From Octopus bimaculoides (Eukaryota): a DNA stretch of 45,787 nt. The stretch lies in contig NC_068981.1 in NCBI RefSeq assembly GCF_001194135.2, positions 7,890,617 to 7,936,403 of the forward strand, read 5' to 3'. Position numbers and translations under genes: made by a program. Numbering within the stretch: the stretch's first letter is position 1; each line of letters opens with the position of its first letter. Below, one piece after another: positions 13,663 through 25,538 of this stretch. The notes under the pieces are model-generated. The model was not told the origin of the DNA and did no database searches. It saw nothing but the letters and a program-made list of their open reading frames with translations.

Positions 13663-13835
13663 GTTAGTTGTTGCAACCATATTAGTTATTCAGAAGATCG
13701 GTTTAATGACATTTGAAAAGGTGAATTTCAAGCTGTTAATAGTTTCATTTAGTTTGTAAAGAGTTCATTGTGAGCTGTCAAGGAAGTGGGGCGAGGCGGG
13801 AGATGCTAAAGATGAAATATGAGAGAGATAAAGAA

Positions 13836-13872
<37 letters not shown>

Positions 13873-13952
13873 AATAAAGAGAACAGACCAAAAAAATGAG
13901 GAAAGAAAAGAAATGCGTTGTATTTAAGTTAGGTATTCGCTGCACTGTGAAG

Positions 13953-14165
13953 GCGCTGAGGCGAATGGCTGAAATATTACAGTTTCGATTCCAGGATCAT
14001 GGTTTCGGCTCCGGGAGCGAATAGAGTTTTTTGTGTCCTTCAGCAAGACACTCCAATGTAAATGAGTAACCCTTTGATGGACTGGTGTCCTGTTAATGGT
14101 TGGAGGGGCGGGGAGTTGTGACCTCGGTCACTTCTACATGATGGGGACCTGGTAACCGTACCTTT
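13953..14165 (+). mobile_element. Degenerate tRNA-derived SINE
   Basis: tRNA-like head followed by tgtgtccttcagcaagacact...gtaaatgagt, similar to the central domain of the SINE at 33012-33335. Confidence 0.5.
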
Positions 14166-14224
14166 GGGTCCTAAAAATCTAGACAACACTTGTGATAGAC
14201 TACACAACACAAATATTTGACCAT

Positions 14225-14473
14225 TTAATCCTGTGGGGTCTGTATGGCCGTTGGGGGTCCATTTAAGATTTTGTGGTTAAAAGTTATTCACAATAAATTG
14301 GTTATGTTTCTACAATGCACAAATATTTTAGCAATTTTTTTTATACAATCCCTAATAATGTTTAATTATAAAAATATAATGGGTCTTTTTAAACATTAAT
14401 TGGCGAAGGTGTTTCAGAAGAATAAAATATGGAACAAAGGTGTGCAAAGGCAAAAATTGGTTGAGAACCATTA
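14225..14473. mobile_element. Possible end of a non-autonomous hAT-type DNA transposon
   Basis: Ends in aaaaattggttgagaaccatt, like the reverse complement of CAGTGGTTCTCAAC-type hAT termini. No partner TIR or TSD found. Confidence 0.35.
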
Positions 14474-14860
14474 ATTTAAAACCTTAGATTACAAACTTAT
14501 ATATTGTAAATTCAAGTCTAACGACGATTTCTTTGATGGAAACGTCTAAATCTTTGTACATCAAATAAATAATCTGTTCGATAAAATCACAACGAGGTAA
14601 CATACACGGGTCTCTCACCGTCTTTGAAATAACATTCAACTTTACCTCAAACGATATCTTACAATCTTAAAAAAGAATGGATGATTTAATCGTTGATGCC
14701 TTTTCTAAAATTAAGACGGAAATGTCACGGTTGGTACTCCTTGACTGTACTTCTCTTAGTTATCATTTTGGGATTAGTATATTCGTTCTTGCAGTCATAT
14801 CTATTTGAATCAAGACTAAAAATATATATATATTGAGTGGGTTCTAATATATATGTAATA

Positions 14861-16106
14861 GAAGGAACTGCCTAACGCAGCTCCTGCATCACCTTGATGA
14901 CATTTTGAGAGCTTTGGGAGAGGGCTCGAATACTGATGTCATCTACCTTTGACAGGGTGGATCATAAGATCCTCTTGAAAGAACTATCCAGCATTGTTGT
15001 CTCTGGAAAGTTACTACAATGGATCAAGTGTTTCCCGACAGGCAGAGCCCAACACGCTGTAGACGAAGAAGCGTCTTTTCATCATCAACATCAATGACAT
15101 GACTGACATCATCAAGCACAGTAACATAAGAATCTTTGAAGATGATTCCAAGATCCAGAAGGTCATCAATGAAGTGGGTGACTGGGCATGCCTTCATTCA
15201 GATCTACTGGCTGTCATCCAATGGGCGCAAAAGAATAACATGCTGCTGAACGAGGACAAATTTGAGTTAATCCACTTCGAAAAAGAGGATACCCTGAAAC
15301 TCCCATACTGCCTTCCTTCAGGTGAAACACTCATGATATCCAACAACATCAGAGTCTTCGAAGTAATTGTGGACAATATAAGCTGAGCCACTCATATAAA
15401 CAGCAAAGTTGACATGGCTTGCAAAATGTTTTCCTGGATTCTCAGAACTTTCCAGTCGAGAGATATCCACACCATTATCCTTCTCCTCTCCACTTTTGCC
15501 CGACCCCACCTTGAATACTGTTGTCCACTGTGGTCTCCCCACACGAAACAAAGTATCATGAAAATTGAAGCACTTCAAAGGTCAATTATGAAAAAGATAG
15601 ATGGCATGACAGGCCTTAACTATTGGGATCGACTAGAAAAACTTAAGCTTTATTCTCTCCAACGCTGCCGTGAGCGCTACATCATCCGCATGATGTGGAA
15701 AACATTTTATCAGCATTGCCCAAATGATGTTGGCCTCACCTTTAAGATACACCCAAGACTTGGGCCCCTTGCTATCCGCCCACAACAAAAATTATACTCG
15801 CATCACATTATAACAATACGGCACAATTATTTCACCTCAACTGGACCCGCTCTCTTTAACATTACACCAAAACACATTAAAGCAGAGACAGACCCCATAA
15901 AGTTCAGGAAGTCTTTGAACAGTTTCGTTCAAAAACTTCCGGATAAACCTCCTACACTCGGACATGTCTCCGTAAACAATAACTCTCTACTAGAGTGGGC
16001 CATGTTGTCCTGATTTGAATAACTTTGCCAAGTGGTGCTATTAAGTTAGATATGGCCTGGGCCAATACTGGCCGAAACCTTTCAAAGTATCAAAGTATCT
16101 AAGTAT
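14861..16106 (+). mobile_element. 5'-truncated, decayed CR1-group LINE (RT core to 3' end)
   Basis: Translates across frameshifts as RRNCLTQLLHHLDDIL..DVIYL..FDRVDHKILL, then NIRIFEDDSKI (degenerate YADD), then FARPHLEYCCPLWSP..EALQRS..LNYWDRLEKLKLYSLQR (ORFs 15099..15386 and 15414..16013). Ends in three 8-bp units (caaagtat caaagtat ctaagtat, 16083-16106), the typical style of CR1 terminus. Confidence 0.85.
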
Positions 16107-16119
16107 ATTCAAATATATG

Positions 16120-16154
<35 letters not shown>

Positions 16155-16156
<2 letters not shown>

Positions 16157-16560
16157 CGTTATTTCCGTCCTCCAGCATTTCATGCTATTCCGTATAAGGC
16201 TTCTCATATTCTCTGCTACTCCATATATTTCCATTGTTCTTATTATCCAGGAGTGTGATATCATATCGTCTGCTTTGCGATAGTCAACCCATTCCATGCT
16301 CAGGTTTGTGTGTCTTCTCTTGCAGTTCCTGATAATTAGATTATCAATTAAGAGCTGATCCTTCGTTCTCCGATTCCCTTTTTGGCACCCTTTCTGTTCA
16401 ATGGGTAGCAGCCCGCTTCTTTCCAAATATCTGTACAGTTCACCGGCCAAAGCAGCTGACATTAGTTTCCACATTAGCGGAATGCAACATGTTCTCTTTT
16501 CAGCAGCCTTGGCGCACAACAATGTCTTTCCCTTTATCATCCAGCTGGGTACATTATCAT
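16155..16560 (-). mobile_element. R4/Dong-clade non-LTR retrotransposon, RT N-terminal fragment
   Basis: ORF 16109..16540: GKTLL..CIPLMWKLM..LLPIEQKGCQKGNRRTKDQLLID..NLSMEWVDYRKADDMISHSWI. This matches the EQKGC..TKDQLLID..W.DY.KA.D..PHSWI signature of R4/Dong RTs. Its 5' side abuts (TAA)n. Confidence 0.85.
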
Positions 16561-16595
16561 CTTCATCATTGTCGTCGTTATTATTACTATTATTA

Positions 16596-16693
<98 letters not shown>

Positions 16694-16729
16694 ATTATTA
16701 TTAATAATAATAATGATAATAATAATAAT
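16561..16729. repeat. (TTA)n switching to (TAA)n microsatellite
   Basis: Read directly; polarity changes near 16690-16705. Confidence 0.95.
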
Positions 16730-17273
16730 NNNNNNNNNNNNNNNNNNNNNNNNNNNNNNNNNNNNNNNNNNNNNNNNNNNNNNNNNNNNNNNNNNNNNNN
16801 NNNNNNNNNNNNNNNNNNNNNNNNNNNNNNNNNNNNNNNNNNNNNNNNNNNNNNNNNNNNNNNNNNNNNNNNNNNNNNNNNNNNNNNNNNNNNNNNNNNN
16901 NNNNNNNNNNNNNNNNNNNNNNNNNNNNNNNNNNNNNNNNNNNNNNNNNNNNNNNNNNNNNNNNNNNNNNNNNNNNNNNNNNNNNNNNNNNNNNNNNNNN
17001 NNNNNNNNNNNNNNNNNNNNNNNNNNNNNNNNNNNNNNNNNNNNNNNNNNNNNNNNNNNNNNNNNNNNNNNNNNNNNNNNNNNNNNNNNNNNNNNNNNNN
17101 NNNNNNNNNNNNNNNNNNNNNNNNNNNNNNNNNNNNNNNNNNNNNNNNNNNNNNNNNNNNNNNNNNNNNNNNNNNNNNNNNNNNNNNNNNNNNNNNNNNN
17201 NNNNNNNNNNNNNNNNNNNNNNNNNNNNNNNNNNNNNNNNNNNNNNNNNNNNNNNNNNNNNNNNNNNNNNNNN

Positions 17274-17548
17274 AATTCCTATCATAGTAGGTGCCTTAGG
17301 TATAATAAAAAAATATTCAGACAAATACATAACAAAAACACCAGGACTTACAAATATATATAACATACAGAAAATTGCACTACTGGGTACTGCACACATT
17401 CTACGCAAAACACTTTCAATACAGTAAACATAAGAGCACCACAGCAAACCACAGCACATACCCAAGGCGCACAGAGCTGCGCTCGGTAGTGAAGTGAAAG
17501 CACGTTATAAAAATAAAACTACTGAATAATAATAATAATAATAATAAT
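17274..17548 (+). mobile_element. 3' end of an R4/Dong-type LINE (restriction-like endonuclease C-terminus, 3' UTR, (AAT)n tail)
   Basis: 17275-17427 reads IPIIVGALGIIKKYSDKYITKTPGLTNIYNIQKIALLGTAHILRKTLSIQ*, followed by a 3' UTR with a gcgca/tgcgc stem-loop and (AAT)n. A near-identical copy is at 24101. Confidence 0.85.
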
Positions 17549-19399
17549 CAACTTACTCTTATTTTAAATTTCGTTTCTGTTACGTGAATCTGTATATATG
17601 CAGAACCAAACAATGAACAATAACAATCATAATTCTTTTATACAATTTTCCTTTGATTTTCAAAACAGCTCATCTTTCTGTCTCTCTCTTTCACTTTATT
17701 TCTCTTCTTCTTTCCCTCTCTCTTTCTCTCTTTTTCTTCGTCATTCGCTCCCTTGTTGTTACTCCCTCTCCCTCACTCTTAAACACACACTAATGCATAC
17801 ATATATACACGCACATACACACGCATACACACACGCGCCCACTCTTTCCCTATTCTGTTTGTCTCTGATTTTCTGGTATTTGGCAAGAAATTCAAACAAA
17901 TACACACACACACACACGCGCACACACACACACACACACACACACATACATATGCAGGAAGAAATGAACCCGCATGACAGACTTAATTTCATAACATGGA
18001 ATCCAACAAGTCCAGATCCTTCGCTTGCTACAGCTGATTGACATTTCTGCTAGGCTGTGTTCTTTAGTTTCGCTAGAATTAGCGTCACTTACAGCTGAGT
18101 CTGTCAAGATTAATATTGATAGACCGAAGACAACGCAACATGGCCGTCAAGCGCAAAAAGCCGGGCTTCTGTTGTTTGTTCAGAAACACAACCAACTGAT
18201 GAATCACTCTACAATACAAAAACCATACAAACAAACCAATCCCATCTAAAGCAATAAAAAGATTGACAATTGCAAGCTTTAATGGTGCAATTGCAGTCCT
18301 TCAACCTGTTTTGTTTTCCTCTTTTAAATCATTATCTTATAAAATCTTTCTTTGAAAATAATGTTTTCTTTTAATTTCTTTGGTTTGCTTTTTTTTCTTT
18401 TGTTTTAATTATTTTTCAGAAATTAAACAAATGAAAAATTGTAACAAAACAAAAAGGTTAATATTTTTGATTATTTTTTTTTTTAATTATGTATTATTGT
18501 TATTGATGTANNNNNNNNNNNNNNNNNNNNNNNNNNNNNNNNNNNNNNNNNNNNNNNNNNNNNNNNNNNNNNNNNNNNNNNNNNNNNNNNNNNNNNNNNN
18601 NNNNNNNNNNNNNNNNNNNNNNNNNNNNNNNNNNNNNNNNNNNNNNNNNNNNNNNNNNNNNNNNNNNNNNNNNNNNNNNNNNNNNNNNNNNNNNNNNNNN
18701 NNNNNNNNNNNNNNNNNNNNNNNNNNNNNNNNNNNNNNNNNNNNNNNNNNNNNNNNNNNNNNNNNNNNNNNNNNNNNNNNNNNNNNNNNNNNNNNNNNNN
18801 NNNNNNNNNNNNNNNNNNNNNNNNNNNNNNNNNNNNNNNNNNNNNNNNNNNNNNNNNNNNNNNNNNNNNNNNNNNNNNNNNNNNNNNNNNNNNNNNNNNN
18901 NNNNNNNNNNNNNNNNNNNNNNNNNNNNNNNNNNNNNNNNNNNNNNNNNNNNNNNNNNNNNNNNNNNNNNNNNNNNNNNNNNNNNNNNNNNNNNNNNNNN
19001 NNNNNNNNNNNNNNNNNNNNNNNNNNNNNNNNNNNNNNNNNNNNNNNNNNNNNNNNNNNNNNNNNNNNNNNNNNNNNNNNNNNNNNNNNNNNNNNNNNNN
19101 NNNNNNNNNNNNNNNNNNNNNNNNNNNNNNNNNNNNGTGGCTGAGTGTCCCCTACAGTCATGTGACCTTTCGCAGCATCAGCAGGATACAGCATGGAATT
19201 CAAAGACTGACCCTTTCATTTGCTGAATATCTGAACAGTTTCTGTCGACATGTTTCATAAGTTTGGATCGACCAAAAGTTATAGCAAAAAACACAGGCCC
19301 AAGATGGCCTGTAATATGATTAAACGTGACACCTCAGGTTTATAAGATGAATTATCTAACGACTCACGCGTGCCTATGTCCTTCTCAGTATATATTTAT

Positions 19400-19420
19400 T
19401 ATGATGACGACGACGACGAC

Positions 19421-19472
<52 letters not shown>
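19400..19472. repeat. (GAC)/(GAT)n microsatellite
   Basis: Read directly; explains the poly-Met ORF. Confidence 0.95.
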
Positions 19473-20274
19473 CAAACATCTTTTGCTGGAATTAATGATT
19501 ATTATTCATGTTTAACAATGCCATTTATCGTGGGGCAAAAGTACCATGTCCTAGTTATTGTCTGGCCAGATTGGAGCATCTGGTATTTTACGTTCCAGTG
19601 GTAAGGCATCTGCAGCCAACACACTCCGTGCGGAACGTTTGAGATGCAATCAATGGTGATGCACGGACGTGCACGTCGTAAGCTGTAGCGATGGGTATGG
19701 CTAATACTGACCGGGTATGGCTAATATGTAAAGTTATGCTGAACAGCTGGTGTCAGGAGTGGAGCGAATCCTGCTCTCGACTGAGGCCAACGTGAAGATC
19801 GCTCACCTGCCCACCTTTGATAATGTTAGTGAAGCAGTTTCCGTCTGTCTCGTGACAATATCGAAAGAATTTGTGTGGTGAACAAGGCTGAAAGGATTCA
19901 GGTGAAGCCACCCTCTTTAATAAAAGAAACTCGAAAAGAAAAAATGAGGGCAAAAAAGGAAGTCACTTTAAGAGACTGTAGGTCACCATTGGGAAAATTG
20001 TTAAGGTGGATAGAAAAATTCTAAGCATGAAGCTCGTATAGATTAAAGAACAACAGCTGGGTGATGGATCAGTTCTTTGATGGTTGGTCTTGGATCTTTG
20101 GCGATTCCATCATTGTCTCTAAATTAGGTTTTTTCCCTATATCAGAGGACTACATCTTGCATCAGTTCACAAATTTCACAAATTTCACAATTTTTGTATA
20201 CTTTATATAGTTTTCCTCTTATTTCTCCCCACCACTACCACTACGACCCATTTTTCTTCTCACCCCAATGCTTC

Positions 20275-20408
20275 GTGCTATTTGCTCTGGCTCTTTACGT
20301 TCTAAGTTCAAATCCCACCGAGGTCAAGTTTGTCGTTCAACACTCCAGAGTCGTTAAAATAAAGTACCAGCCACATACTGGGGTCGATGATATCGATTAC
20401 ACTCCCTC
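20275..20408 (+). mobile_element. tRNA-derived SINE, family B (partial)
   Basis: agttcaaatcccaccgaggtcaagtttg..aagtaccag..tactggggtcgat is shared with copies at 25538, 27322 and 29251. Confidence 0.7.
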
Positions 20409-20425
20409 ACTAATTCTACATATAT

Positions 20426-20427
<2 letters not shown>

Positions 20428-20479
<52 letters not shown>

Positions 20480-20760
20480 CAAAACCACCACCACCACTAC
20501 TACTACTATCTGCACCATCACCATTACAGTCACTCTCACCATTGATACTAGTACCAACGCCAACACTACCTATACTAGTATAACTACTACCACCATTATT
20601 ACTCCAATTGTTACCACTACAACTACTACCACCTTCTTTATTAGTATCACAATTATCATTATTGCTACCACTCCCCCCCCCCACTCTTAGCAGTAATGCT
20701 AGTCCAACTACTACCACCATCGCTTCCACCACCACCACTTATACTAGTATGACTTCTACT
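20428..20760. repeat. Degenerate (CTA)/(CCA)n low-complexity tract
   Basis: Read directly from the sequence. Confidence 0.85.
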
Positions 20761-20810
20761 ATAACAAGCTGTAGTCAGAAGTTGTGGGGGTGGTAGCAGA
20801 AAAGAACTGT

Positions 20811-20894
20811 CAGCGTTGTTTCACTTAACGCTGAAAAACAGCGTTGCCTCACTTAACGCTGAAAAACAGCGTTGCTTCACTTAACGCTGACAAA
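20811..20894. repeat. 28-bp minisatellite, 3 units, each internally palindromic
   Basis: Units at 20811, 20839 and 20867: CAGCGTT-g(t/c)(t/c)tcactt-AACGCTG-a(a/c)aaa. Confidence 0.95.
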
Positions 20895-21552
20895 CTGACG
20901 TTGATGACGGCCACAGACAAAATATTTCAAAGTCGCAATTAATTTTCTGGGATTTTCTTTCTCTACACGTTTGACTTCAATGCATATGCAACATATGCAA
21001 CCGTATGCACATGCACTGCAACACATATGCGCTGTATGAATATTACTGTGGCGGGCGGCTGCACATAAGCTGTGTGTAGAATGAGTTGGAGGAAACATGT
21101 ACGGCATATGCACATACAATTCAATTGCACCTGTGAAGACAGATGTGCATTTGCAAATATGCAAATGAATCTATGCATCATTTTATGCACTGTTGTATGC
21201 AGCACTGTATGTACTCTAATAAGACAAGCGGAGGTGGGGGGTGCATTCGAATAAATCAAGAAATGATCGGTGTTTTCTGTGTTTCATCAAAAAAGAAAGA
21301 AAAGGGGTGAGTCTATGGAAAGAGGGATAGGATGAGGAGATGGAAAGATGAGATATAGAGAGAGGTAAGGGGAGATAGAGAGAGAGAGGGTATATAAGAT
21401 GAGAGATAGAGTAACACAGAGAGAAAGAAGGTAAGGGGAAAAGTAAGAGGCAGAGAGAAATGAGATGAGTGAGAGAAAGAAGAGTTGAGGGAAGAATGAG
21501 GTAAGATTGAAAAAGAAATCAGAGAGGGGGAGTAGTTAGAGTGATAAATTGA

Positions 21553-21790
21553 GCGTTTGCCCGGTTCTCCGTCGGTTTCAAACGATAAGTGTTTCAGTTG
21601 ATACTATCAAAGGAACAGCTTGCTCGGGAAATTTACATACAAGTGGCTGAGCACTACAAATACGCGTACATTTAACCTAATTCTGAGGGGGATTCAGCAC
21701 AGTGAGTGACAAGGCTGGCCCCTTTGTAATTACAGGTACAACTCATTTTTGCCAGCTGAGTGGAGACTGCAGTAACGAGAAATAATAGCG
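21553..21790 (-). mobile_element. SINE 3' half (family D)
   Basis: Minus strand ccactcagctggcaaaaatgagttgtacctgtaat..gggccagccttgtcac resembles the central domain of the SINE at 33012-33335 (cagctatagaaatgagttg). Confidence 0.6.
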
Positions 21791-22785
21791 AGCCGATTAT
21801 ATAACTCTGAAGAAAATAAGGCAATTGTTCTCTATTGTTGGAGGTAAAAACACACACCCGGTTTATAGTTACTGTGAAAAGAAACAACGAAACGAACTGA
21901 GCAAGAATTAAGAGTTATGTCCCTTGGCACCAAAACTTAATCCTTGCTCAATTTGTTTTGTCATCTTTTTCTCGCCGCAACCACAAACCGGAAGTATCTA
22001 TTCAACTCCAACAATAGAAAGCAGTCGCCATATTTCCTCTCATGACTGCGAACTCTGAAGAGCGCAGAGTAACACAATCAGGATCTTATCTAACATCCCA
22101 ATGAACACCTAATTCGAAACCTATTGATAAGATTGGCCATAATGGATATATAATGCTGTAAACGTGATCCCAAATAAAATTGAAGGTTTTTGACGTAAAT
22201 GTTTCAGCAATGGGCAATAACTCTTGATTACAATTTTAAACATTAAAGATTTAAAAATGTAATTCTAAGGTCTCGTCGTTATTCGTTAGTCTTTGCTCAG
22301 GAGTTTTAATAGAGCGGAAACGTGTAGAGTAGAGCCAACGATCAGGAGCTGGCATCCCCAACGTATCTCTGAGTTACAGTCAATTTAAATGTCGGAGTTA
22401 TCGCTTTTGACTTTCTCGTGAATAATTAACACGAAAGATGTTTATTTCTTAAAAAGATTATAAATTTGGTAGATTAAAATTTCTTCTTGACACTACATAC
22501 TCTCTGTTAGAACATACGAATACGTCAAGTTAGAACTTCATTATAAGTTATTCATGCAGAAAACATCTCTGAGAAATTCTCCAGCATCCTGTTTAATGCC
22601 TAACAGTAAGTTATGGAATCATTGATGATGAGAAGAGTCAGAAATGTCCCGAAACAGTAAGACGAGACAGGGACACGTAAGAAGACTAGAACATGACAAC
22701 CATTGAGACAGACTCTACTGACGGCGAGCGGTGTCAGCAGAGCAGAAAAACAAACAACAAAAAGCATCAGCACTCGCAGCAGCAC

Positions 22786-22852
<67 letters not shown>

Positions 22853-22896
22853 ATGGTGGTGGTGGTGGTGGTGGTAGTAGTGGTAGTAGTAGTAGT
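22786..22896. repeat. (AGT)n/(GGT)n microsatellite
   Basis: Read directly from the sequence. Confidence 0.95.
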
Positions 22897-23512
22897 TAAT
22901 GTTGCTCTGTTTCATGACCTGGTATGACCTGTACAAAGAAAGATGACCGAGATTTGTACTTCCTATTCTTATTATAATAATCCAAAGACCACGTTTACGT
23001 TGCACAATGGAATGATGTTTTTTTTTTTAAATAATTTTTATTTGCATTTATATATTTAAAAATTAACCGTGCCCATGATTATTCATACTTATCCTCAAAT
23101 TCCACAATTTTACTAAGCATTTGCTGCCTTTAATTTCCTAGAATATACTTCGAAACCGCAGTCGTGCAACAACAAAAGCTGCAAGAAAATTTCGGCTGAA
23201 ACCTAAAGTTTAAGCAGGATTCTTGTTCCGCATTGAACTTTTAGCACACAAAATAACAATATTTTATTCGTATTTAATAACCATCGAATGATTACAGCAA
23301 ATTTTCAGAAATATCTAAACAGTCATGAGAACGGATATATATAATTGCAAGGAAAATTATAGCTACGGGCTAAATTAGATAAGTTCCTCTGTGTTGGACT
23401 AAAAATATTTCAAACTCAAATCATATATACATATATCACAATTTAGGTATATGAAAAACTGCCAAAGCTACTTACCGCCTTTAATAGTAAATCATATGTA
23501 TGTATATGTAGA

Positions 23513-23544
<32 letters not shown>

Positions 23545-23661
23545 GGTAGGTAGGTAGGTAGNNNNNNNNNNNNNNNNNNNNNNNNNNNNNNNNNNNNNNN
23601 NNNNNNNNNNNNNNNNNNNNNNNNNNNNNNNNNNNNNNNNNNNNNNNNNNNNNNNNNNNNN

Positions 23662-23698
<37 letters not shown>

Positions 23699-24032
23699 CA
23701 GATAGATGTAAATAAAAATATAGTGGGAAGAAAATAGTATTTAAATATTACTTAAGACCAAAGTTTTTGGCACCTTTGCAAACAAAACAAGCCACAGTGA
23801 CCGACGGGGTTATTTCATTCCTTAAAAATAGAGGTTTTTCTGGCCAAATAATTCCTTAGAGAATATCATCAGAATTAGATTCTTAACTGATAATTCTGAT
23901 ATGGAATATCATATTTTCGTTGTGCTGCATGTATAGGCTGAAATATTGATCTTTGGTGATATATTTCACCTATATTTCTGACCAATTAATTGCTAGAAAA
24001 GGCTTTCTCTTCAAAATAACAATAAATGATAA

Positions 24033-24100
<68 letters not shown>

Positions 24101-24342
24101 AAAAAAGAAATTCAGACAAATACATAACAAAAACACCAGGACTTACAAATATATATAACACACAGAAAATTGCACTACTGGGCACTGCACACATCCTACG
24201 CAAAACACTTTCAATACAGTAACCATAAGAGCATCACAGCAAACCACAGCACATACCCAAGGCGCACAGAGCTGCGCTCGGTAGTGAAGTGAAAGCACGT
24301 TATAAAAATAAAACTACTGAACAACAATAATAATAATAATAA
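24101..24342 (+). mobile_element. Second copy of the R4/Dong-type LINE 3' end
   Basis: About five substitutions over ~210 bp relative to 17321-17527. Encodes SDKYITKTPGLTNIYNTQKIALLGTAHILRKTLSIQ* and ends in (AAT)n. Confidence 0.85.
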
Positions 24343-24545
24343 TTCATTCTTTTATTAGCCACAAGAGCTTACATAAAACAACATAAAAGACAACACAAGA
24401 CGAGATAAAGTGTTTTACAGCATGTAAACATTTGAAAACAATAAACAACGTGAATCTCCCAGCAGGGTAGGCGCTTTAAAGGTCCTTGTAGAAAAACCCA
24501 CAAAAGCCACAGGTCCCTGATCAACAGGGAAAGAGCCCTTCTCCT
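24343..24545 (-). mobile_element. Probable LINE 3' end (L1/Tx1-like tail)
   Basis: T-rich 3' UTR on the minus strand ending in gctcttgtggctAATAAAagaat, similar to gccctgtgtggctatAATAAA at 8175-8200. Confidence 0.45.
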
Positions 24546-24624
24546 TTTATTTCTTCACGGGTGTACGCTCAGAATTGGTCCTTTCACACTGCCCATTTTC
24601 CCAACTATGATAATAATAAAAACA

Positions 24625-25186
24625 ATAATATGCAGTAGCAGGCAGTGGCTCACATGGCTTCTGATCTTAAACTGATTGGAAGTGTTATTATGTACATTGC
24701 TTTGTCTTTGTAATAAAAGATGGGCTACAGCAAATATTCTGCTCAGTAGCACAGATTTGCTTGTCAGTTGTTTGACATTAACCAGTTGAGCATGTCCCTT
24801 GGTGGCTGACAATATGTGCATCTCTAATCACAAGCAGAAGTAGTGGGGGTGCATCATAGTTAGGTGTTGAGATGAATTCCTTTGGGGGTTTGGATAATTC
24901 ACCTTTGGAAACATGGGTATTTTCTTCATCATCCTTAAACAACCCTTATTCAGGTACCTTTTGAACAGGTTGGGCTACTCAACCTGAAGAAAATTCTAAC
25001 TGGGCCCCCACCTGCAAGGTCATGTGCTGTTTATCTTGATATGAGATCACCATGTCGTGCACATATGGTTGTGATGCATGTGCCTGGTGGGCTCTTATCA
25101 GACGGGTAGTCACGATGGGTATACTGGGTTTCGTATATTTTACCCCAGTGTCACTTTGATGGCATGCACTGCTCTCTCACTCAATA
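24625..25186 (+). mobile_element. Interspersed repeat (LINE 3' UTR or SINE-like) ending in (AAT)n
   Basis: Its 3' end (tatattttaccccagtgtcactttgatggcatgcactgctctctcactc) recurs inverted at 33436-33486. Family not identified. Confidence 0.6.
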
Positions 25187-25196
25187 ATAATAATAA

Positions 25197-25483
25197 TTGA
25201 ACAACTTTGAGGATTTGAAGTGGGAAATACGAAGGTTGTGGTCAATGAGGAGAGCAGACGTGATATCAATAGTAATTAGCGCTCTTGAAATATCATCACT
25301 CAACTACCAACATGACTCAAAAAGCGTGAAGGTAGAACATAAATCAGCATTGCTTGGAACTGCAAAAACTCTTCTCAGAGTTCTTGAAGCCTGACCAATA
25401 AACAAATGTCACCTTAGCCTGCTGGCTGTGGAAAGCTTACACTTTCCATCATACCCAGCAAAATAAGCTGTGCGTTTTCATAC

Positions 25484-25485
<2 letters not shown>
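25197..25485 (+). mobile_element. 3' end of a second R4/Dong-type LINE family, flanked by (AAT)n on both sides
   Basis: ORF 25197..25394: FEDLKWEIRRLWSMRRADVISIVISALE..HKSALLGTAKTLLRVLEA*, matching the RLE motif Y.DL..EI.RLW..V.P.VIGALG..QKSALLGTA. 3' UTR hairpin tggaaag/ctttcca. Confidence 0.8.

Positions 25486-25537
<52 letters not shown>

Positions 25538-25538
<1 letters not shown>

Noticed and set aside
18196-18202. Other CTGATGA heptamers (18196 +; 34045, 39353 and 39979 -)
   Set aside because: No paired stem II followed by GAAA; three of them lie inside transposon coding remnants.
19693-19726. Direct repeat GGGTATGGCTAATA twice at 20-bp spacing
   Set aside because: Best explained as a simple local slippage duplication; it does not flank an insert like a TSD and no element could be assigned.
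20811-20894. Palindromic direct repeats resembling a CRISPR array
   Set aside because: The units are contiguous with near-identical loops, with no unique spacers, no cas genes and a eukaryotic context.
22693-22899. Short ORF MTTIETDSTDGER...poly-Ser/Gly as a host exon
   Set aside because: About half is microsatellite, with no recognisable domain and no convincing splice sites.
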